Source: Octopus vulgaris
Lineage: Eukaryota
DNA: 64,000 nucleotides
Reading direction: 5' to 3'
Assembly (NCBI GenBank): GCA_951406725.2
Contig: OX597814.1
Location: 86,738,001 to 86,802,000 of the forward strand
Shown: positions 12,543 to 25,719 of the stretch, piece after piece
How the letters are laid out: each line of letters opens with the position of its first letter
Position numbering within the stretch: position 1 is the stretch's first letter
The notes under the pieces: generated by a model
What the model was told of the DNA's origin: nothing
Databases searched by the model: none
The model's input: the letters and a program-made list of their open reading frames with translations, nothing else
Made by a program: the position numbers and the translations under genes

Positions 12543-12565
12543 TGCCACGTGTTAATGCGCATGCG
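12543..12565. promoter_or_regulatory. Candidate Derlin-2 proximal elements: TGCCACGTGT (XBP1/CREB3/E-box-like) and TGCGCATGCG (NRF1/EWG-like)
   Basis: Both motifs sit 8-30 nt upstream of the ATG in a locally CpG-rich patch. Function is inferred from motif match only. Confidence 0.45.
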
Positions 12566-15429
12566 TGCCTCCAACGCCTGGCAAGTTCTCATTGCCAGAT
12601 CGGCCGTTTCTGAGAAGCTCGATTTTTCTATTTCCAATTGTTTCTCAAATAGAGAAACTCTTCTTTACTCTTTCAGTGTGTGTTGATTTGCTATATTGTA
12701 TCTTTATTCACTTTTCGCTCTAATAAAAAATATAATTGCGTGACTATTAAACTGAGTACATATATAGCTGTATGGCTTACAAGTTCGTTTCACAACGACG
12801 TTGTTTAGGTTTCGATCTCATTGCGAAACACCTTTGGCAAGTGTCTTTTACTTTTCTTCCAGTTCATTAATATCTTGTGAGTGGAACTTGGTAGACAGGA
12901 AACTCATCATAATGTGTAACTGATAACACTTATTAGGTTTGATATAGAAAAAAAAATTTTTTAACCTATGAAGTTGGGCTTTTTTTACATGTATCTACTA
13001 CCAGATACAGTGTAGGGGTACACATCGTATCTTGGTCCGGAAATTCCATCAGATTTCAGAAAAGTTTTAGATATATTGAAGACAAGCATTTACATTTTAG
13101 AAAGGGGACTAAAAATGTCTTTGTTCACTAATAAAATTCTTCTCAGATGTCCTGACAACTTGTATGTATTTAGTTTGTATAACCTCCTCTGAAAAGTGGG
13201 TGATATTACTCTGAACAAGGTTTTACAATGATTAATTTTGCCTTTGATTTGTTGATCAACCACAGGGTAAAGTGTAGATAATGCACTTGTGAATTCAGTA
13301 GTTGCATATGTGTAGGAATTTAGCTGTAGAAGTTGTGAAGAGAATTTCAATTTTCAGGAAGAAAAAAAAATCAAATGTAATGCTTAGGAAATGTAGTAGG
13401 AGAGTTACTAGAGATGTTAAAGGGACATAGGGCAGAGGAAAAAAAATTCTTCTAAAAAATCCCAGAAAGCTAGGTTTATTTATTTACTATTTATTCTGAA
13501 CAGTATTGAATAGGATATGAGATCAAATTTTCTGCAGCTATTTCATCTAGCTGTAAAAATTGAGCTATTTTATGGTAATAAACTAGCATCATTTTATGGG
13601 AGGAAAGTATCTCTTTTCCATTAAGCACAATGAAAATCAAAAAGAATATTTGTCCTACGGATTTCTATGATTTGTGACAATCATTATCATCATTTCGCAT
13701 CTACTTTCCATACAAATATGAGTTGTATGAGTTATGACTGTCTCAATCAGTTCTTATTCACAGTTACTGCTCTCCTAGATGTATCAGGAAATCATGCCTT
13801 GCTTGTACAATTGTAAAAACTAACATTTCCTTTTTCTGAGCTGAGATTCAAAACCGAATCTAAGGACTCTCACTTGCCTGATGCACCACTGGCCAAACAG
13901 GCACGAAAGAAATTTCTTTGTCTTGTTAAAAAGTGATTGATGGTTTTCACTTCGGCCTACAACCTGAGCCATGACATTTAAGATTCAAGTGGATAGGAGG
14001 CGACCTACATAGGTAGAAATTACTCCTGTGGTATGTCTGTCCTTCTAGCTATTATGACCATTATAAATACAGTCAGACATACAACAGAGGCAGACAGCCA
14101 GCAAGTAACTTGTGCCAGTTAAGTAGCCAACAGAGAACCACATATTCAGCAAGAACACCCTAGCACAGTAGCAGATGCGGAGCATAAACAGACACCACTG
14201 AATGACCAATGCACACACAGATACAAAACATGCCCGGTTCTACCTCATCCCATTGACACAGTATTTCCCCTGTTTATTTTCTTCTTCACCAACTCGAAGC
14301 AAGTTGGTAATGTCATGTAGTGAATTTTTTGGTATATACAACAAGGAAATGGAAATGTTGTTTAAATAAATTATTTAAACCACAATCTGATGCTTTCCCA
14401 TTGTTTTACTTTGATGTCATCCACATGCCTCTCTCATCTGCCACCTCAACATCTTTTGCTACACCTTTCCCACTTCACATTTCTCTTTTGGCTTGGTTTC
14501 TATGGCTGGATGCTCTTCTGATTATCAACAATTTTATAGAATATGCTGGATGTATTTTATCATGGCATCAAGACTAGGGAGGTTTTCTAAAACAATGTAG
14601 AGTTGAGAAAGGATTCTCTCAACTCTACATTGTATTAGCATGTTTACCAACCACTTTACAGAGTGTTGTGAGTTTATTTTAACATGGTACCAACATTTTA
14701 GCAAGGTTTTGTTATATCATCATCAGAAATGGTGAGGATAGGAAGTACTGGGTACTACCAACATTATTAACACCAACAACATAACACAGAGCAAATGGAG
14801 AGGGGAGAGCATAGTAGGATGTAGATTTGACTTGGACATATTGGGTAAGAAACTTAAATGAGTATGCATATACATATACATATACATACATACACAGACA
14901 TATACATATAGACCATTGATTTGCTACACAAACATGGGTGTCAGATCTTTTCCAGTACTATGTGATACAGTCCTTAATCATCTTATTTGGAAGATGCAAC
15001 ATTTTATGGTTAGTTTTCTTCACTTTGTCCTTCTCCCACTTCCACAAGTTCCATTCACTTTAAGCACTTGGCACTTTTTCTTTTATACAGCTGTCATTCT
15101 CTATACCTATCACATGTGTACTTTTCTCTCTCACACCTTACATCTGATTCTGCATATATCCAATTTTACTCTCAGCTCATTTGTACTCTGAAATTCATGT
15201 ATTACACAACTAGCAGATCATACATGCTTCATTTTCTTCCTAGTTTTCACAAGTCTTCAGCATTCTGAGTCCATATCTCACAACTATGCGGCATTGCAGT
15301 TTGTACACAAGCATCATACAATCTGCTTGTCACTCTCAGACCAAAATCCTTTGCTGCCAGCAGAAATAATCACTTCCTGAACTTGCTCTTCAACTAATTA
15401 GGTCTCTGTAGTAACAGAAGTTAAATTAA

Positions 15430-16430
15430 CTACTACAGGGAGCTTTCAGGGAATATGATATACTCTATTTTCCATGTGTTCATTGTGCTTATTGTTTCTG
15501 TGCATTACTACATAAAAAGATTGTCTTCCTTATTAGATTGCCTGTGGTTCAACTATACTTCTTATATACCCATAGTTTATGATGAGTGCTCTACATGGAA
15601 TATTTACCTATTCTTTTTCTGTATATCAAGCAAGGCCATTTCCCTAATGGGAGCAGTATTTCATCTACCTACTTCAGTCTTTGCTAAGTTTGCTTCAGGA
15701 TCTTGCAGCACCAAATTTTTCTTTCATGTTTGAAATTTTTTCTCTAATTTTACTACAGACTTGGCTGTACGAATGAAGTCATTAACAAATAGGGAACAGA
15801 TAATCTGAAGCTCATCTACTATAGCATGGAGGGCTATGATAATTGAAAGAGAATGAGAACTGAGTGCTTATGGGCCCCTGCCTGTTTGCTAAATTTATTG
15901 CTGTATTCATTGCTGATTGTATCTTTGTACATGCCTTGTATAGTCTTCACAATACCTCTGTTTTAGCAACCACCAGATGACAGAGGGAGACTTCCTGTCA
16001 CAAGTCTTCTCCAGGTCAACAAATGCTAGGTATAGTAATTCACTCCTGATTAAATCCTGTAGTTCTCCCACTGGGAGGATCACACCTGTAAAACTTCTTC
16101 CTGGCACAAAACTGAAATGCATCTCATTACTAATTCTCATCCTAATCAATTTTTCAACAACTCTTTCTATAACTTACATAATATGTCCAACAATTTAATA
16201 CTCCGGTATTTTTTTATTTTCTGTAGTGAATCTCAGTTGCTCTTGTAACGGTTGAAACAATGATGCTGCGACATCACTTATTAAGTGTAACATCTTCATG
16301 TACTACCTGACTATTCAGGTGACTATCCTGAACCCTATTCAGCCAGGCATTTTAAGCATGGCAACAGTAATTCTTGAGAGAGAAAAGTTGCCTTCCTTGC
16401 CCTCATATCCTTTTAACTATTTACTGTTTT
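15430..16430 (-). mobile_element. Decayed RTE-clade LINE RT fragment
   Basis: Minus-strand ORF EMHFSFVPGRS...LYLAFVDLEKTCDR is homologous to the RTE at 2.7-4.3 kb. Confidence 0.75.
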
Positions 16431-16457
16431 CAATGTGAATGGTTGGTTTCTCTAATG

Positions 16458-16796
16458 CAGTGGTTCTCAACTGAGGTCCATATGGCCCCAGAAGGTTCAT
16501 ATAAGATTTTTGAGAGTCCATGCAACAAAATAGTAAATTGAAGATCCGCAATAGAATTTTAAGGGTCCCTGAAAAATTTTACTTTAGGTGTATGTATTGC
16601 AAGAAACAGCTAGGTTTCTTTCTCTAACATTTTACATAGCTCTACCTACATAAGTTAATGTGTAAAAAAACAGAATAGGAATTTTGAAAGAAGTTTCTAA
16701 AAAACTAGTTTTTAAATATTGAATGACTATGGGGGTCCACCAGAATAAAATAGTAATCAATGGGGTCCATAGATAAAAAATGGCTAAGAACCCCTG
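16458..16796. mobile_element. hAT (Charlie-like) MITE
   Basis: TIRs CAGTGGTTCTCAAC...GCTAAGAACCCCTG with an 8-bp TSD CTCTAATG/CTCTAATT. Confidence 0.8.
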
Positions 16797-17092
16797 CTCT
16801 AATTGGTGTATCTTGTGAAATCCTCTTTTTCTCATTCATTCTCTTCATTCAACAGCTTCTTGTAGTGGCTCTTCCATGCATTTTTCTTTTGAATTTCAGT
16901 AAGAACATTTGTGCCATTATCATTCCGTACACACTTCTCCCTCATGATGTTCTGATTCTTTATAATTCACTACTTTAAAACCTGGACACCTCATGCCTCT
17001 GATCCTCTTGCCATAGAAAGAACATTGGTAAATCTCTTACTTTCTGTGTCTCTCTGCTTTGAACATCTGATATTTTAGTTTCTCTTGGCATA

Positions 17093-17468
17093 TAGGTGTA
17101 GCTATGTGGTAAGAAGTTGCTCCCTAACCATATGGTTCCAGGTTCAGTCCCACTGTATGGCACCTTGGGTCTTTTAGCTTTGGGTCAACCAAAGACTTGT
17201 TAGTAGATTTGGTAGATGAAAACTGAAAGAAACCCATCATATATGTACATATCTATGTGTGTGTGTTTGTCTCCCACAACCACTTGACAACCAGTATTGG
17301 TGTGCTTATGTCCCTGCAACTTAGTGGTCTGGTAAAAGAGAATGATAGAATTAGTACCAGGCTTAAAAAATAAGTTCTGAGGGTTTGAATTAGTCTATTA
17401 AAATGTTTTAAAGCAGTGGACCAGCATGGCCACAGTCCAATGACTGAAAGAAGTAAAAGATAAAAGAT
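17093..17468 (+). mobile_element. tRNA-derived SINE (OK/OR-like)
   Basis: A-box/B-box-like head (GCTATGTGGTAAGAAGTTGC...GGTTCAGTCCC) and a CCAGCATGGCCACAGTC...TGACTGAAA tail. Confidence 0.75.
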
Positions 17469-20049
17469 ATATATATATATATATAGTACTAAATAAAGCT
17501 TACAGTACACTGTCTTCCCTATCAATTATTTAAAATATACTAAATGTGCACTGAGTAATTCCTTACGTAGATCCTGCAACTAAAGTGCAGTGCTGTGGAT
17601 GATGCCTGGTAGCCATATTTGATGAACGTGCTCTCAAGGCACACAACTAGGGACATACTCAAAACAAAGTTTGGATACTACATTTTAAAGTCTCCTATTT
17701 AAACTTTAAACATAACCTTGTAGGCTCGGGATTAAAATGGCATAGTTTGTATATATATTACAGTTATGTTGAAAAAAGTGATATGGGAAAGTGAAGCATT
17801 GACGACAAAACATTTGTGGAGTAAATGATGGGCTAATTTGATTAAGTGACATGTCATGTGTCTGTCCGGAGGAATCTAGGCCCTAACCTGTCATGGAAAA
17901 TTGGGGTTGTGGAGTAAGTGATTTTTTAATGCACTGAAAAGCTGTGGATATACTCTCCTTTGCTGTGGTTGGCGCTGCATCTAGCATGACCCATCATATG
18001 GCTGACGGTCAAATAATGGCGATATTATATGTATGTGGGTATGTTCCACAAATGGCCAACAATGGGATACAGCAATGGGGAAGTGAACTGCTGAAATGTT
18101 GCAGAAGGCAAAGGGTTGACATTGGATTGCTGGTGTGGCTGTAGAATAAAAACCAAAACTGAGCCATATACACACTCACAGACACATTCATATACAAAAT
18201 GTGACAACACTCACATACATAGCTTTTCACCTCATTGTTTTTTGAGTCATCAGATATGTATGTGTAGATGTGTTTTAATCCAAATGAAAATACAAATTAT
18301 CACACATACATATACATACTCTCACATACAGTGAGAGTGTATGTATAGTAAGAGACACACACACAGGCATACATTCATACTTGTCAGTCATCACATAAGT
18401 ACATGTATGTGTTTAATAATGTACATAATCACAGATACATACACACTCATACACATACTCACAGACACATACACATATACAAAATGTAATGTTATAGTCA
18501 TTGTAGTATAAAATGTACTTTACTACCTATTGAACATGCAAACCCACACAGACACATACACACTCATATAAAATGTCTTGTACCATAGTAAGATTAACAA
18601 AAACTTTACTTCGTATGTTTTTGGATTTATCATAACCTGCCCGTCAAGGCAAGGTATTGTAATGCAACAGTAAATAAATACTTTCTTAAAACTTCATGCA
18701 TTATTCATTTTTCACATCCTACAGTATGCAATTATAATAACAAATTTTTATCGTTACAACTGCTGACTCTGACATTTCATATTTGTGTACCTAATCAATC
18801 TTACCTGTTACAATTGGTAACTATACCAAAATAAAATCCTTACCGTTACAACTGGTGACCCTGTAGAAAAAGAATTGCTGCCTTCTGGAACACCAGACTT
18901 CATTGTCACTGAAGTGGCTAACTGATTGAGTCGTCACCATGTGACTGGACTCGTTGTGTCATCACCGACTGATTTTTGCTGGGGGTGTTGTTGCTTTTAT
19001 AACTATCCAGAAGGATAGATATATTATTGAGAACAATAGATTTAGTTGGTGGTCTTGTTAGCTCTCTTCTAGCTTTTGGTGAAGTAGAAGAGGCTAGAAA
19101 GGCTCACGTGATGAAGATGTTATTTCAGCCTAGCTAAAGGCATCTGAAAAATGTAAAACTGCTGTCAGAGAAAAAAAACCATTGTTTCACTATGGGAAAA
19201 GTTCTGTTGCAGTGTTAATTTAAATTTGGTTATGGTGGATCAAATCCACTTCATGCATGCAAGATCCACTACATACATATTTTAATGGAATATGAATTCT
19301 TAGCATTTGGTTCTATGGAAAAGAAATTTGAAAGTGTGACAATATTTTATCAGCAATTCATAATTATCATTATTGTTCAAACTCATATCAATTCCAATCC
19401 AAAAAAACCTAATGTCAAAGGGATATCAACCATAACAATCCCATCTTATGTTCAGATATAGTATTTCTATAATTAATATCATCTAATATGTCTTTCTTCC
19501 TTTATGATAGTAGGGTATTATTTGAGGAAGGTTTGGCTGCTTTTTCTAGAGTTTAATATTAAAGTGAATGATAAGTTCCAAGAATGATACTGCTCAGTAG
19601 GGCCAAATCAGCTAAAAGTAAGCTATCTCCAAAATACAAGGAGCCATTCTTTTCTGAAGCACTGGTTTGAGAACATATCTTATCTTGAGTACTAACTATA
19701 TGCACTGCTTCAGTTGTCTACTATTTGTGGGGTAAAGGTAACAATAACATCAACATAGCATGGAAATCAGTTGCAATAGATAAATGGTATCAGATTTGAC
19801 ACTTGTCAAAACAAGAGAAGCATGCATCATCTGAAGCACATACACATGATCAGTAGAGTCACATGGAATATTTTTAGAAGACACTGGAAATAGCTTTTGA
19901 AATAGAAGATGAAGAAAACCAACCACAAACAGAGAATAAAAATATAGAAATAAAGAAATGTTAATTATCCAGACTAGTAGACATAATTTTATATTCAGTT
20001 TCACAAGAACTACCATTAAGAGGTGAAGATGGAATGTAAAGAAGTTTAA

Positions 20050-20960
20050 AAAGATGAAACTTCTTTGTGCTGGTTCAGCTATTTGTAATTATGAAATTGT
20101 TATCTACAACCATCTGGATGTTATATGGTGTGCTTCATTTAAGAAGAAACTACAGGTGCTCTCAAACTGTATTCAGTGTAACATAATCAAAGCTTTGCCT
20201 ACTTGTTTAAGAAAATCAATGTTAAATGAAACCATGGCAGTAATCATATTTATTTCTTATGGATGAAATCACAGATGTTTCCTACACTGGACAGGCTTCT
20301 ATGTGCATACACAATAATGAAAGAAAAGGCTATTTCATTGAAGCGTTTGATAAAGAGTCTATAGCTAGTGAAGAGCTGGGGGATTGACCTGTCTTTTTAA
20401 GAATGAAATAATTAACAGATAGAAAACATGAGGGATTAGGATTATGATGGAGCTGCTAACAAGAATGCATCATACCAAAAGCTTCAGTCAAAGATTCTTC
20501 TCTACAATGAAAAAGTATCTTATGTACAATTTGTGCTTGGAGAAAGTGAAAAATCAAGCTATACATTGCCTTATTCTTTAAAATAGTAAGAAAGTTATGC
20601 AATTTCATTTCAACGTCAAATAAATGCTTTGCTCTTGTCATACAAACTTAGCTTCTCCATCCATGCTGAGTCCCATATTTGAAAATTGAAGAAATTCTCT
20701 GACACAAAATAGACTTGCTCTGAAAATGTAAAGGTGTTTAGGCCTCTGATACAGTTGCTGATTAAGAAATGTGAAAATAGTCCAGCCGATGCAGCAAGTG
20801 AAGATAATGCAGCTTTAAGTTTCTTCTTTGCTGTGAATTTGAAACAAAAGAAAATTAAAAAGTTGTACATTGCTAGTAATGGAAATTTTTTAGCAATTTG
20901 TAATATTATGATTCCATCATGAATGAACATTTGCACGTAGGTTAAAGTTTAAGCAACAGT
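20050..20960 (+). mobile_element. Highly decayed hAT (ZMYM/Zaphod-like) transposase remnant
   Basis: MDEITDVSYTGQASMCI (~20259) and DYDGAAN (~20440) match the hAT DE(T/S)TD and GQxYDGAxNM motifs. Confidence 0.65.
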
Positions 20961-21425
20961 GAATGATGGAAAGTTATCTAAAACGATCTTGTATAGCTTT
21001 TAGTAGGTATATGAAGTAATGGATTTTAACACATAGAAACATAGACACACACACACATATTTATATATACATCAATGTATGTGTGTACATATATGTGTGT
21101 GCATATGTGTATGTGAAAATGTGTTACCCTTAAGTTGAAAAAGTAAATAAGAGTTAGTTCAGGAAAGGCAAGAATGGAAAAAACAGACTAAAATAAAGGT
21201 ATATATTCTTTCATTTTAGTCTGTATATATATATATCTATAGTATACTAAAACTTAAGGTTTGTCAGTTTTCCTGCCACTTGATCAAGATGATAAAGATT
21301 ACAAATGAAATAATTTCCCCCTTTAAGAAAAAAAAAATCAAGTTGAAAATATTGACACTTCAAAGAGTTATTGGAACTATTGGCATCAATCCTTTTTTTA
21401 CTTACTTTCTTTTTTCCTCCCTTAA

Positions 21426-21806
21426 TCTCTCTATATATAAAGCTGCAGTTGTCTGTGTATGGCAGGTTTGGTAGCCTTCAACTAACACTATCTCCTCCGA
21501 GACCCTGTGGCGCAAGTTGACCAAAATTGAGAGTATGATAGAAGAAGGCTTGCTCTTCCTTCCGTAGAAGAAAAAAATTCAAATTGGACCATGTTAAGAC
21601 CAAAAATTATTTACATCAAAGCGGTGCTTTTTTTCTGTGAAAATCCCTATTTTTTACGATTTTTTGACTGCTGTGTAGCCATTTTTCGGTGAAAAATGTT
21701 CATTTAAAGAGAATAACAAGCTACATAATGCAAAATTTTTACTTTTCAAAAATTCCAATTCTAAAGGGTTGAAACAAACCCAAGCAAGGCCGGGCGATAC
21801 TGCTAG
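21426..21806 (+). mobile_element. Non-autonomous Helitron
   Basis: 5' TCTCTCTATATATAAA, 3' hairpin-like CCCAAGCAAGGCCGGG then GATACTGCTAG. Inserted between A and T with no TSD. Confidence 0.85.
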
Positions 21807-22259
21807 TCATTTATACAACTTTTGAGTGCCATGGTCTGAAAGAGAAATTCTCCCTATATTTTTATGAGATATTTTTTGAATCATGGGTACTTGATTTTTT
21901 TTTCTTAAAATAAATATTAATCTTTATCATTTTAATCAAAAGGCAAGAAAACAAACAGAGACTATCTCTTTATAGACGAAGATCAGTTGCAATGGGAGGA
22001 GTTGGATTTCATAAGAATGGAAAAACAAACAACAAATGAGTCGTACCTTATAATGAAACTCTTTTAAGAACATTCAAATGCCACTGCAACATCGAAATCA
22101 TTGCCTCAGTGAGGTAAATTAGGTAGGTCATCAAGTACATGCTGAAAGGACATGACTAAGCTGCTGTTCAAGTAAACAATGATAATAAAATTAGTCATTA
22201 TTGAATGGGTAGGTATATTGGACCAGCCAATGGATGCAGTTGCATCCATTTTAGAATTT

Positions 22260-23370
22260 TCAATTCATGAAAGAGCACTCTTCTGCATTAATTTTCGCAC
22301 CTGTCATCGCTTTGTACTCGTTTAGCGTCTCGCCAATAAGGTCGATATGCTTGTGGCTTGACCCCATCATGATGATGTCGTCAGCATAGGCAGACGTGCT
22401 CTTTCCACATCCCAGATCATGCAGGACACCCCACAAAGCCTCCAACTTCCACAGTAATGGCTCGAGAATCGATATGTACAGGAGGGAGGAGAGAAGGCAT
22501 CCTTGGCGGACCGAACACGAGATGTTGAATGGTTCCGAAAGCTGACCATTCACCCGTATGACTGAGCCTGATGCCGCTGTACAAAGCAGCGATCCACCCA
22601 TAGAAAACTGGACTGAAACCGGCTGCCTTGAGAACAGCTGCCAGGTATCGATGGTCAACCCTATCGAAGGCTTTACACTGATCTAAATTGATCAAAGCCC
22701 CACACACGCCAGCTTCATTGTCCACCCTCTCTATGATGTAGCACATGAGATAGAGGTTATTATGGATAGACCTGGTCGGCATGGTGCATGTCTGTGCCTT
22801 GCCAATCAGCTTGTCCATGACAAGCACCAACCTCTTGGCTAGTACCTTGGCCAAAATCTTCAACTCTGCACCAAGCAGAGTGATGGGCCTAAAGTTCCCT
22901 ATCATGTCCCCCTTGTTTGGGTCCTTTCTCAGCAGTGCCACCACTCCTTGACAAACAAAAGCAGGAATTCTCCCGTTTTGTTGCCAGTTGCAGTAGACAT
23001 TTGCTAAGAGGCCCAAAAACAAGTCTCTTGGCAAATGTCTACTAGTACACACTGAAGTCTGTCCCGTTGTCCGTCCCACTGCTTGTCCCAAACAGTTGAA
23101 AAAAGTGCTGTTGAAAGGCTGCACACATCTGCTTCGGTTCAGAAACCTTGCATCCGTTCTGGTCTACCAAATTCAGAATGGTTGCTCTGTTGCCATGCTT
23201 CACATCTGCCACATGGGCCCATTGAGAAGCCTTAGTCCCCTCTCCACTTACCGAATGTGCCTTAGCTTTGACAATGCAGCCTTTGTGTTTGGCGTCTAAG
23301 TGTTGGTCGAGGGCCAACCTGGCTGCCAACACATTGGTTGCAATGCCTGTCCTAAGAGCCTTGTCTAGTT
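22260..23370 (-). mobile_element. L1/Tx1-clade LINE reverse transcriptase fragment (frameshifted)
   Basis: NFRPITLLGAELKILAKVLAKRL, LDQCKAFDRVDH, VRQGCLLSSLLY and SAYADD across three overlapping ORFs. Confidence 0.9.
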
Positions 23371-23710
23371 TTCTGAATCCCAGTTTTCTTTCATTCTACA
23401 GCTAGAATCTTATTAAACTTAATAATATATATATGTTACATTAAAGATATTTTGAAAACAAAAATGTGTAATATGTAATTTCATATATATCTATGTATTC
23501 CTGCATGGGAAATTGTTAAAGTAGATATTTATGATAAAAATTTGCACGACATCTGAGTAAAACTTCTCACTACAGTTCGCCTGCATTGAGCATCTCTGAC
23601 TGTCACTCCCACTTTGTTTAGCTTTCCTCTGCCAGCATGACTGCATTTTATTACATGCACGATAAGATGAATTTACCTTTAAGAAAGCAGCATGAACTTT
23701 CAACCTCCTA

Positions 23711-24160
23711 AATGCTGGTCGTTTTGCTCCTCACACCAAGCTAAATGTAATCATTAAGTGGAGCCTGACTCAGGTTAATAACCCCTCAGTTCTGGAGTTG
23801 GTGGGATTATCCAGAAGTGATGGGAAGAGATCAGATGGTTTTACCCTTTGTCCCAGGGTAAGAGGTAGGTGCTTCATCTTGGACACCACAGTCTGACTCC
23901 ATTGCTCTCTTCCACATCCTGGATGCTGCGGAAAATGAGCGTCACTGCTTTTGTAGTTGAGCAGAACAAAAGTAATGGGACCTGTCAGTGAACTATTTCT
24001 TCTAGCCTGTGACGTTTGAGATGGTTTTTTTGGGAGGGGAGGAGCTGGGCCATTAACAGCGAAGTTGTCATTGTTGGCCTGTGAGGGTGCTTGGCTGTTC
24101 CAACACCTTAAATCTCATTTTCACTCATGGTAATGCCAAGTGCTTGTTGGCTTGCTTCAG
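23711..24160 (+). mobile_element. CRE-clade non-LTR retrotransposon 3' fragment (restriction-like endonuclease)
   Basis: Manual translation gives NAGRFAPHTKLNVIIKWSL...PSVLELVGLSRSDGKRSDGFTLCPRVRGRCFILDTT, then AWLFQ...GNA. This fits the CRE RHxxLN...LEPxGL..DGKRPDG..WD signature. Confidence 0.8.
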
Positions 24161-24189
24161 TAGGTTATGTTGAACCTTGTGGTGTGCGA

Positions 24190-25045
24190 CTAATTGAAGT
24201 ACTTGGGGCAAGACTTCCGTCCCCTACCAAACCACCCTTTTTAAAAAAAACTTCTTTTTTCAACACAAACTCTCCTTTTCGGCTACGAGGAATATAAATC
24301 TGCAAAAAAATTGGCATTTAAAAATTACCACCCCACCCCCATTTCCTTCATTTTTAAACTTTTTTCAGAAATTTCTTTTTCAAAATATGTGGAAAAATAT
24401 GGAGATTATGATTCTAAAAAAATGTCCACAAATTTTTGTAAGAATTTTTTTTTCTAAATATGCGGAAAAATACAGACATGATTCAGGAAAAATTTCAAAA
24501 CATTTCTGTAGTTACGATTAGGGTTAGGGTTAGTGTTGGGAAAAAAAAGTCAAAATTGAAGAATTTGGGGGGAAAGGATTTAACAATGCCGATTTTTGGC
24601 AATTTTCCGGAACCTCCATATCCGAAAACGGGGATTTCTGGCAAAAGAAATTTTTTAAAGTAATAAATTTGAGAGAGAATGGGTGACGGACGGAAGTCTT
24701 TCCGTACTTGGCGTTGAATTGATGTGTTTTCCTTCCTCGTTTTCACTTTTTTTCCTCCTGGTTTTGGATTATATATATATCACAAAGACAAATAGAACAA
24801 CTAAGTAGAGACGCTGGAGCCGAAAGGAAGCAGAACGTGTTTGGATAATTTAGAAAACTCCACAGTTTCATCAATGGGATCCCATAAAGCATAAAATAAA
24901 CAAAACGACCCCTGCTCGTGCCGAATGATTTAGAAAGTAAATCTTATAAATTGGACCAAGTTCAGTTGCTTCAAATGCTAAAGTGTTACTCACACACACA
25001 AAAACTATATTTAGACAAAGACACGTAGCATATTATATATATTGA
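24190..25045 (-). mobile_element. Probable non-autonomous Helitron-like element
   Basis: Minus-strand 5' end A|TCAATATATATAAT, degenerate 3' end TTAG|T, and a short internal (TTAGGG)-like tract. The left boundary is uncertain. Confidence 0.5.
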
Positions 25046-25607
25046 TCGCACACACTGGTAGTAGTCTATTTTTTCATGTTTAGATGACTTTTCAATGTAC
25101 ATCCGTGCGCGATAGTATTTATATCACAGATAACAATTTTAAATTTGTTGCTATGCAACAGCCAGCATTATTGACCAATCAATAACGAAAATTTCAACAT
25201 TGTTTTCGTTTCATTAAATAAAAGTAACCATTTCAGCATTACACTTGGAATATATTCTATTATCATTATTTTTTAAGCAATTAATATACCCCTTACAGTT
25301 ACGAAATTGCGGGGAATATGTAAGAAATGGTAGTTATATTTGAATTCAGCTAACATCAAGGTAGGGGAAGTGGACGACGTATATTATAAAGGAAATATTA
25401 ACTGCGCATGTTCGAGTTGCAGCAGCAATGCCGTTCTGTTGTTTATTACAGAACGTTGGGGCTTTCAGTCGTGAGTCAAAATATTAGGAATTTTATTTGT
25501 AACCAGCTTTAGTAGCTGAGAGTAAGAAGAATAATTTTTTCTTATTTTTCTGAAGTTAAGATTTTTAACTATTCAAAACCATTTATTTTGAATGCTAAGA
25601 AGGAAGG

Positions 25608-25719
25608 ATGGCGGCATCATACATGTCTCCCCGGTACAACAATGACCTCGATTATGACGACTGTGTCAGTTCGGACTATGACGACGACCGAGATATTGAA
25701 GCTAATCTTTCAGACGAAG
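25608..25719 (+). CDS. SUDS3: Sin3 histone deacetylase corepressor complex component SDS3, coding exon 1
   Basis: aggATGgcg start, acidic MAASYMSPRYNNDLDYDD...NLSDE, donor G|gtaag. Phase 1 joins exon 2 to give SDEDTEDASETD. Confidence 0.88.

Noticed and set aside
12536-12637. N-terminal extension of Derlin-2 suggested by the ORF track
   Set aside because: The ORF starts at a non-ATG codon and homology begins at ATG 12535. An in-frame ATG at 12562 exists but overlaps the promoter-like motif and has no support.
17880-18140. Possible Helitron N-terminal Cys-rich remnant (QWGSELLKCC...)
   Set aside because: The similarity is too weak to call by eye.
24518-24533. Telomeric TTAGGG repeats
   Set aside because: Only ~2.5 units inside a dispersed element, so not a telomere.
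12536-25607. Shared bidirectional promoter for DERL2 and SUDS3
   Set aside because: The start codons are ~13 kb apart and each gene has its own promoter-like patch.
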